NCBI GenBank assembly: GCA_021613535.1
Contig: CP075497.1
Span: 2,294,001 to 2,358,000, forward strand
Direction: 5' to 3'
Source of the DNA: Adineta vaga
Lineage: Eukaryota; Animalia; Rotifera
DNA: 64,000 nucleotides
This document shows, piece after piece, positions 56,028 to 64,000 of the stretch (positions are counted from its first letter, which is position 1; each line of letters opens with the position of its first letter). The position numbers and the translations under genes are program-made. The notes under the pieces were generated by a model. It made no database searches, was not told where the DNA came from, and worked only from the letters and a program-made list of their open reading frames with translations.

Positions 56028-56300
56028 CCCGAGTAGTCGACAAGAACTGCCAGACACGCATGAAAACGCGTAAAATAAAGACAAAAAGTGACCGAATTTT
56101 TCATTGGTGAGAATTATGCCTATCATCATGGTTACGTCTCTCATCTATAAAAAATGCGGTCACTTTTTGTCTTTATTTTACGTGTTCACTCACAATTGGG
56201 AACCGCGATTAAAGGCGAAACACATCCGCTGTTTTCCATTTTCTCACGTATTTTCGGGCGTTTACATGCGTGTTTGGTAATTCTTGTCTTCTTGAATAGG
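56028..56300. mobile_element. Palindromic MITE in intron 1 of the PAN-Kelch gene
   Basis: Inverted pairs gacaagaactgccagacacgcatg / catgcgtgtttggtaattcttgtc and cgtaaaataaagacaaaaagtgaccg / cggtcactttttgtctttattttacg. Confidence 0.72.
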
Positions 56301-57382
56301 AGGACTAGACAACTAAACTCTCTTCTGAATGTTAAAAAATGCCAGCTCTTCGGGTGTAATTCTACGGAAGTGGTTTTTTGCAGCTGTAAAAAAACTGTTA
56401 CTAGAGACCCAAAAAGAATAAGTTAACTATAAATAAAACATTTTCTAATTTTTTTGATTTATGTAAAACTAATTCTTTTCAAAATAGATCTAACCACGGC
56501 TTCAACATCATCATCAACAACATCAACTTCATCGTCATCATCATCAACGTCATCATCAACAACAACATCATCATCATCCACGACATCAACTTCGTCGTCA
56601 TCATCATCAACTTCATCGTCAACAACATCAGCATCAACAACAGCATCAACAGAAGCACCACGTGGTTAGTAATATAATGAGATAATTATCAGTTCGTTTA
56701 GTAGGTTCTTGAAACCGATTGCTAAGACCAAGTTCTTATTTTATTTAGCAACAGTTATTCACATTGAAAAAATGGTAAAAACTATAGCGAGAAAATCATA
56801 ATACAACTGATTAATCTCTTTTTCAACGGAAATCACACTGTCAGAGGTTATTGACTATAATAATTTCGCATATGAATATAAGAAACACTGCTAGGTCTGT
56901 AACATGTGATTGTCTGTAAGATTGATTTTTCACCTCACTAAAATTTTAGCAAATTTATTCTAGAGCATATTGAACTGACTATAAAGCAAGACTTGTTTCT
57001 ATTTCATATCGATTTTTCCTGAGATATATATCTAATTGAATTTATATGAGGGATACATCCCATAACAGTTTTGCATGGAAACAAAATTTCACAAGACACT
57101 GATATTATTTAGAAAAAGTAGTTTTATAGATGACCACGTTCGAATAATCTATGAGCAATTTTATATTCGCATTCGAAAATAACATATTCAAAAGCTTTTG
57201 ACTCTGTGCCTTCCGTTGAGAAAGTGATCAATTAGTTGCATCGGTTCCTTCTTTAGTTCTATTTGATTTGATTTTCAAAATCTTCGTAAATAATATTGAT
57301 ATTACATAACGAAATGAGATTAGTTTATTTTAATCTTTTTGAGTAAATCTTAATTTCGAAGTCATGTGTGTATTTAATTCCA

Positions 57383-57570
57383 TAGTGATTTATCTACAAG
57401 GTGAGCAGGATGGGCGTCGCCCACCCAATATTTTGATTCATCCATTCGGACACTTAAAGCCAAGCCTGTAAAACTAGATCATTCGTCCACCTACTATGAG
57501 TTACGGAGGGCATAGGCGAGCCTAAACTTCGATTTCCCCACCCGGGAAATAAAACATAGATGAAACACTG
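57383..57570. mobile_element. Possible degenerate MITE
   Basis: Imperfect TIR TAGTGATTTATCTA / CAGTGTTTCATCTA around a GC-richer core. No TSD found. Confidence 0.35.
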
Positions 57571-58144
57571 TTCACTTTTATGATGAATTAACAAAACTAT
57601 ACATTCTTTTCATCAATCTTTTAACAATTAAGAATTTTCAAATTTAAGATTAGAACAGATTTTGAAAAACAAACTATCTTTTCGTATTATAACGATTGTA
57701 TTTAATTGAATGGATCTTTATTTGATCAATAATGGATCAAGATGAACTTACGAGAAATTTAGAGTAATAAATATCGGAAAAGTTGTCGAATGAAGTGTCA
57801 TTGATTTTTTTCTGTTTCATCATTTCGTTTTCTGAATTCATTAACAAAATTGATTGAGATATCAAGTTTCGAAGAAGACATTGTAAGTTGTTAAGATTGA
57901 TAATAATGCGATTGAACAATGAAAGAAGAATAGATATGTCTTTCTCTTTTTACACTTTTATTATTGATAAACATTGTTAACATATCACTCATGTGAGATT
58001 AAAGATACTTTAAATTCAATAATGAACTCTTAATTTTTATCCCAAGATTTGAATAAACGATCTGGAGTAAAAATAAGTATTCTCGAATTAAATGCTTTGA
58101 AGATATTCAGAAACAACTTTTTTTAATGTATTTGCTCTATTTAG

Positions 58145-58989
58145 TATGGACAACAACAGGAAGTATGAGTGTGTTACGTCAATTTCACACAGTATCCGTT
58201 TTTGCAAATGGAAAAGTGTTAATTACAGGTGGATATAATGGTAGTAGTTATTTCAACAGTGCTGAATTATATAATCCGGTAACAGGTACTTGGACAACAA
58301 CAGGAAGTATGAGTATATTACGGGCATATCACACAGCATCCGTTTTAGAAAATGGAACAGTGTTAGTTACAGGTGGATATAATGGTAATTATGTGATGAG
58401 TGCTGAATTATATAATCCGTTAACAGGTACTTGGACAGCAACAGGAAATATGAGTATATTACGAGCATATCACACAGCATCCGTTTTAGCAAATGGAATA
58501 GTGTTAGTTGCGGGTGGACATAATGGTGCTGCTCCTGTGAACAGTGCTGAATTATATAATCCGTTAACAGGTACTTGGGCAGCAACAGGAAGTATGGGTA
58601 TGTCACGAATACATCATACAACAACCGTTTTAGCAAACGAAACAGTGTTAGTTGCGGGTGGACATAATGGTAATTATTTGAATGGTCCTGAATTATATAA
58701 TCCGTTAACAGGTACTTGGACAACAACAGGAAATATGAGTATGTTACGAGCATATCACACGGCATCCGTTTTAGCAAATGAAACAGTGCTAGTTGTAGGT
58801 GGAAATAATGGTGCTGTTTACGTTTACAGTGCCGAATTATATAACCCGGTAACAGGTACTTAGACAACAACAGGAAGTATGAATGTGTCACGAGGACATC
58901 ACACAACATCCGTTTTAGCAAATGGAACCGTGTTAGTTGCAGGTGGACATAATGGTAGTAGTTCTTTGAATAGTGTTGAATATTACTAA
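58145..58989 (+). repeat. Six tandem ~141-144 bp Kelch-coding repeats
   Basis: Recurring gctgaattatataatccgttaacaggtacttggacaacaacagga. Confidence 0.9.
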
Positions 58990-59779
58990 TGGAATTTTAT
59001 TATAGAACACTCTCATTTTATAAATTGACGCATACAATTGAATGTTTTAAATTATATATGTATTTATTATTTTTTCTGCTTATTTAATTTTGAATTGCAT
59101 TATCATATCATACGTTTCTTTTTTCGAACTGTTAATGACACATTATTCATTACTTATTTTGTCATTATTTGCTTTTATTAACAATAAATTTACTTCTCCT
59201 ATATGAATTAATATTCAATATCGGTTTCAAATTTTGTTGATGAGTATGATTTATCTACAAATCGAATATGATCTACTATTCATATTCAAAAACGGTTTTC
59301 TTAGAACTCTTCGTTGACAACATCGCCAACTGATAAAGTGAAAAAATTCCTATCAAAAGAAACAAATTGTTTTTGTACTCAAAGTGAGTACACTTTAGAA
59401 TCGGTCAGTGTCTCCGGTCGGCCGGCCGTTTACATGATAACCCTTAACTATCACATTCGAATAAGCTGAAATTTGTGGACAGAGTTGTTTCATCAATGTC
59501 TCGGTCGAGTTTGAAGATGAGAAGAATCCATCAAGAAATAGGTAAGTTATCAAAAAAGTTGTCATTAGGAAACAGAGCATTCGTTAGGGTCGGTACAGGG
59601 ATTTTTCTCCAAATTATTCAAAACATATAAATCGACTCAGTTTTTAACGCTGATTCCGAGTCTAAAATTAGTTGTGAACAAAATAGTAGTTTTCTAATGG
59701 AACATTGTGTGAATAAAGTCTTAACATGCTCAAAAGCTGCATCAAGAAGCCAAACTGCGTAGATATGTCTCAGATGCTA

Positions 59780-60150
59780 CACTGTAAAAAAAGCGCAGAA
59801 TAATAAACCCTTTTTAGGGGTTTATTAAGCTTATAAGTTATAGGAAGGGTATTTTATACGTTGCACTTTTGTATACCCTTAAAGGATTCATTAACTTCAT
59901 AAACCCTCGAAAACCGCTTTTTTTTCTACAGTTCTTCTAAAGTGTACATGAACGAACCTTTTAAGAGTACATGAATGCCCATCTACCTTAAAGGGTTTAC
60001 GAAAGTGCAACGTATAAAAAATCCTTACCAACATTTATGAAAACAAAGGTTTATGAAAGAGTACCTTACGTTCATAAACCTAAAAAGGGTTCATGTCGCG
60101 ACGATCAATCCTCTTCGAGGGTTTGTAATTCGACGCTTTTTTTTACAGCG
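59780..60150. mobile_element. MITE with CACTG-type TIRs and TA flanks (CMC/CACTA-like)
   Basis: TA|CACTGTAAAAAAAGCG ... CGCTTTTTTTTACAGCG|TA, with an internal inverted tatacgttgcacttt / aaagtgcaacgtata. Confidence 0.78.
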
Positions 60151-61650
60151 TAGTAGTTTTGGGGTTACCCAAATGCCTGATTTTGTAAAAAGCCAAAAGC
60201 ACTATCGGAAGGTAAATATCCAAACTCGATAGCTATTCATATTTGTGGTTTATCATAAAAAAACAAAGTGAATATGCATTTTCAGTTTTTGAAGTACACA
60301 TAACACTCAGATTTCAATCCAATGTTTTCGCATATATTTTACACAAATCTTGATCTGATGATTTCTTTAGGTTACAATTTATAATACAGATCAGTGAATC
60401 TAAATGGATGTGCATTTTTATTTTTTATTTCAAAGTTAATTGAACGTTCATTTTTCTTCTCAGAGCGACACATAATGACTTCTATATTTTCTATGTGATC
60501 GATCTGAAAAAAGAAGCAAAAAAACAATAACGATCATTGATTTTAAAAAATCTTCGTTTTTCAAGATTCTAATTAATTAATTAGCTAATTATCAATTATT
60601 ATGCTATCATATAAGGGTTGACCGAAGGGTAATCGAAATCGGGGAATTGGAACCCTTCATAGTCATACAAATTCAGTGCCTTTTGAATAGGAGATCAAAG
60701 GAAATTCACTTATTCGTTTGGAAATGAATCAAAAGTAGACGAAACAATGAAGACGTTCATATAAACGGCTAGCCGTGAGTGGTCGATCGGAGGAAGGCCG
60801 ACGAACGACTATACGTTGATTTAGAGAGTGATACTTCAGAATATGGATTTGAATGGCTTTCACGTGCTTTGAACGTTTCTTCGGAGACACTTAATTGACG
60901 ATCTACGAGAACGAGTCCGACAAAGTTCTGTTTCCTAAAATGCAACGGAGAATGAAGCCTATACTGGAAACGACGCGATCATGGAAACTTTTTAAGTCTT
61001 CGGTTATAAATTGATCTACTATGATGGGCGAATATCTCACATTACACTCATATGATTGAAAAGAAAATAAATATGGGTATTGCATTTTTGAGAAGTATCA
61101 AGCGATGAGATGCATGAATATCTACAAATAGTACTTATTTTTGCTTTTCACTTTCAAGAAATGATTCAGTGATACTTTGAAATGGTGAAAAGATGAGAAA
61201 CACTCTTAAAAAGGTTATGTGTATAGAGTTTGCTTGGACCGAGATTCGTTTAAGTCTAGGTCCAGCTTTTGGGTGTTACTGAGCACTCTTATCATTCTTT
61301 CAGAAAAGGGTCAGCGAACCCAGAGGACGAGCGTTACTTGTTTCTTATTACATCGTGTGTCCAGTAGAATCCATTTTTTTATTTATTACTTGTCCTTAAA
61401 ATTTACCACTTCGAATATAATCAATAATGGTCATTCAAGTTCGTATTTTGTTTATTATGAATTTATGTATTGTTTCTTTTTCAGTTTATCATTACATTAG
61501 GAAAATTTTGTAGTGAACTCCCATATGGCTACTTATAGAATTATTAAAACTTAATCGGAAATTTATCGTTTTTTTCATAAAATTTGCTTCTGCATTCTTT
61601 CTGGTCAATGTTCTTTATCGATATACTTTATCATATTATACATATAGGCG

Positions 61651-61828
61651 CCCAGGACGAACATCCCGGCCTCCGAATTCTGCAGGAAAGCTCCAGAAAT
61701 CGCTGGAACATGGAAGCAGTATTTCGACTGGAACCAACTGGAAAAATTCCCAGCCGGAATACTACTTCTATGAAATTACCAGAATTGTACGGAACCCACC
61801 GCTTCTGGAGCGTACGAGTCGATCTGGG
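61651..61828. mobile_element. MITE with CCCAG...CTGGG termini and 2-bp CG duplication
   Basis: cg|CCCAGGACGA ... TCGATCTGGG|cg, and an internal inverted gaagcagtatttcgactgg / ccagccggaatactacttc. Confidence 0.75.
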
Positions 61829-63391
61829 CGTGCTATAGCAGAACGACATAGAAGACTTATTGAAGCACGTACCATGTATTATCGAACACATCCTGCACTT
61901 AATAGTGGTGATCATAATGATGATAATGATCATCAATAATAACAAATTTGATTTTAACAGTAATGGATAACTTTTTATTCCTATGTCTTTTTCTCTTTTC
62001 CTTGAATTTGTTATTGTTCTATCCAACTAGCTATCCTATTTTCATTTCTTTAGTTGTTCATGTAGCATAAAAGATGTAACAGTCAATAAAACATCTTTAA
62101 TTATTGAATATACTTTATCAATAACTGGAATATCAACAAAAACAGTTATATGACGTGTGAAATAGACTTTTGTTCTAGTGAATAGCATATATGTTAAACA
62201 TATTAAAGGAAAATAAATAACGCAAAGAAGGTGTTCGACTACTTGATTCACATCGGGAGAAGCAGAGAGAGTCTATATGTCTTTACACAAAAAAAAGCGT
62301 TGCATTATTTACGAACACTATGAGCTTATATAGCTTTACGAAAAGATCAGAAGACTAGAGAACACACATGACACATAGACAAGACATGACGTAAGGGTGA
62401 GATGAATAGTAATGTCAAACTCAAAAGTTGAATTCAACTTTCGCGTATTACATACATGGTTCTTTGTATAATATTTATCATCCTACGTCTCAGACGAAAA
62501 GGATCTATAGTTAATAAATAAACACAAAAATAAAAATGAAGACTATACCTAATCGAAAATTCGTTATAATCTTTTTACCTTTGTTTCAGTTATGCAAAGT
62601 AAAAAATGTCTGTGTCATTAAATTAACTTTTCTTTTTTGTGTTTATTCAGGAAAGATTCATCAACTCTCGTTCCAGCAGATTCTTAGGAATAAAAGTGTT
62701 GCCTATTTTTCTTGATGAATCCATCGTGAAAAAAAGGAAAATGTTTTTGATAAAGTAGATAAAAGATTGTCAGACATTTATTAAAGAGAACATTTCCATA
62801 TACACTGATTTCAAACATTCCTTTTTCTTTATTTCTCCATTTCCTCTTCAAAAATGAATCAAATTGAACTTACATAATCATAATTCTTTCTTAAAAATAT
62901 TTCTTTATCCTGGTATAATCATTTACGAATAAGTTGACGATCAAATTTGTCAATTACCTGTTGCACTTTCTTGGTTTACAGTACATGGACTCATTGTTGG
63001 CTTTTCAATTCCAGTTTTATTAATTATGTATTTGTAGGTTTATAGGTGCTTTCAATAGAGCACCGAAATATGTTCATTGAATTGTTTATGTATTTTTCGA
63101 TAGTGCAGTTTTATCAGTTATGATTGCGTCATTTTATGTTACTAATCCACTTAAAGAATCTATAATGAAAAGAATAAATATGGTAGGGCCAAGTATGACT
63201 TAAACAGTAGGTTGTATTCGTTTGTAAAATGGAATCAAAAATAAACAAGTAACGTTCGTTGTTTCGACTGACTCAATTCCCAGGTCCATATCTCATCGTT
63301 CATTAATGTTTTTTACCTTTGACCCTGACACAAACAGACAAGCTATTTTTCCATATGATCCTCGCTACAGTCGGGGGATGATTTATTTTGG

Positions 63392-63898
63392 ATGGATTTA
63401 CTTAATAATTCATCAACGAAATGGAACTTAATTCTATATGAACAAGATTGGATGAATCATGAAACAATAGATTTTATTTCTTTACGTGAAAATTTCAATC
63501 TCGGTCGACAATACTTAATCGAAATGGGCCATGCAGCGAATATATTTGATGTAAATATTCAATATTGTATGAGTTTACCACCCTTTAAAGGTATTTTTTG
63601 GTCAACTGAAATTCAAAATGATGCTCCGTATAAATCGAAAGTCATAGAACCTTTGCCTGATAGAGAAATTCTAATAGCAACACTTTCAAAGGGTCCAATA
63701 GCAGCAACAGGTGATGGAATAAATTATATTAATCGAGAACGTATTATGAGATGTTGTCGTGAAGATGGTCTTATTTTGAAACCTTCACGTCCTTTAACAA
63801 TGATTGATTTATTAATTTCTGACTGGGCTAAAAACAAAGGAATTAATCAATCTTCTCTTCTTGATTTATCTCATGAAATTTACTATCTCGTCTTTTAG
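63392..63898 (+). pseudogene. Fragment of an uncharacterised glycoside-hydrolase-like gene (YEQDW...QYCM family)
   Basis: YEQDWM, QYCMSLP, PFKGIFWS, TLSKGPI..GD and CCREDGLILKPSRP. No clear 5' part, and QYCMSLP directly abuts PFK, suggesting an internal deletion. Confidence 0.5.
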
Positions 63899-64000
63899 AA
63901 ATGATCAAATTTTTTCGATAATATGTGCATCATCAATGCGAGGTAGTTATTCCATAATTTCTTCAATAATTGCATCATCAAATGGTATCATCTGGTTATT

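Larger units (their letters stand above)
55668..58989 (+). pseudogene. Secreted PAN/Apple-like + Ser/Thr linker + six-blade Kelch gene with two premature stops (3 exons)
   Basis: Exon 1 (55668-56001): signal peptide and C..C...C.A..F...C motif, with TAA at 55899. Exon 2 (56488-56664): S/T-rich. Exon 3 (58145-58989): Kelch repeats WTTTGSM...R..HT...L.NG.VLV.GG, with TGG>TAG at 58861. Confidence 0.82.

Noticed and set aside
56479-56661. Met/Leu-rich minus-strand ORF
   Set aside because: Antisense of the (TCA/ACA)n Ser/Thr linker exon.
58367-58921. 184-aa repetitive minus-strand ORF
   Set aside because: Antisense shadow of the Kelch repeats.
58145-58989. Possible CRISPR-like array
   Set aside because: The repeats are in-frame protein-coding Kelch units with no unique spacers, and the context is eukaryotic.
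60560-61200. Possible transposase remnant
   Set aside because: Slightly GC-richer and coding-like, but I could not identify catalytic motifs or termini.
61584-62026. Overlapping ORFs of 84 and 131 aa
   Set aside because: They arise from the GC-rich MITE at 61651-61828 and flanking simple repeats.
62940-63200. Hydrophobic coding-like fragment
   Set aside because: Interrupted by stops and no family could be recognised.

Overview
AT-rich eukaryotic DNA with many ~50-70 nt GT-AG introns. Gene content, intron size and repeat types suggest a bdelloid rotifer (inference). The first ~42 kb is gene-dense. It holds a tandemly duplicated EF-hand/WD40 gene (WDR49/WDR64/WDY family), each copy carrying an antisense fukutin/LicD gene in one large intron, plus two rhodopsin-like GPCRs and decayed GTPase fragments. 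A same-strand run follows: cyclophilin / beta-catenin / cyclophilin / beta-catenin / cadherin, then TRAPPC3, a bublin-like gene and two potato-inhibitor-I genes. From ~42.5 kb on, the window is pseudogene- and MITE-rich: a disrupted intronless ~9.5 kb gene (CE-clan protease-like + P-loop GTPase + SecA-like ATPase + vWA) hit by a TTAA piggyBac-type MITE, telomere-like repeats, a PAN-Kelch pseudogene and several MITEs. The most striking signal is the pair of neighbouring beta-catenins that have divided the canonical modules between them. One keeps the DSGxxS degron but lacks the alpha-catenin-binding segment and the C-terminal domain. The other keeps alpha-catenin binding and the C-terminal WFDTDL tail but has no degron. 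All exon structures were spliced by eye and no database search was run.
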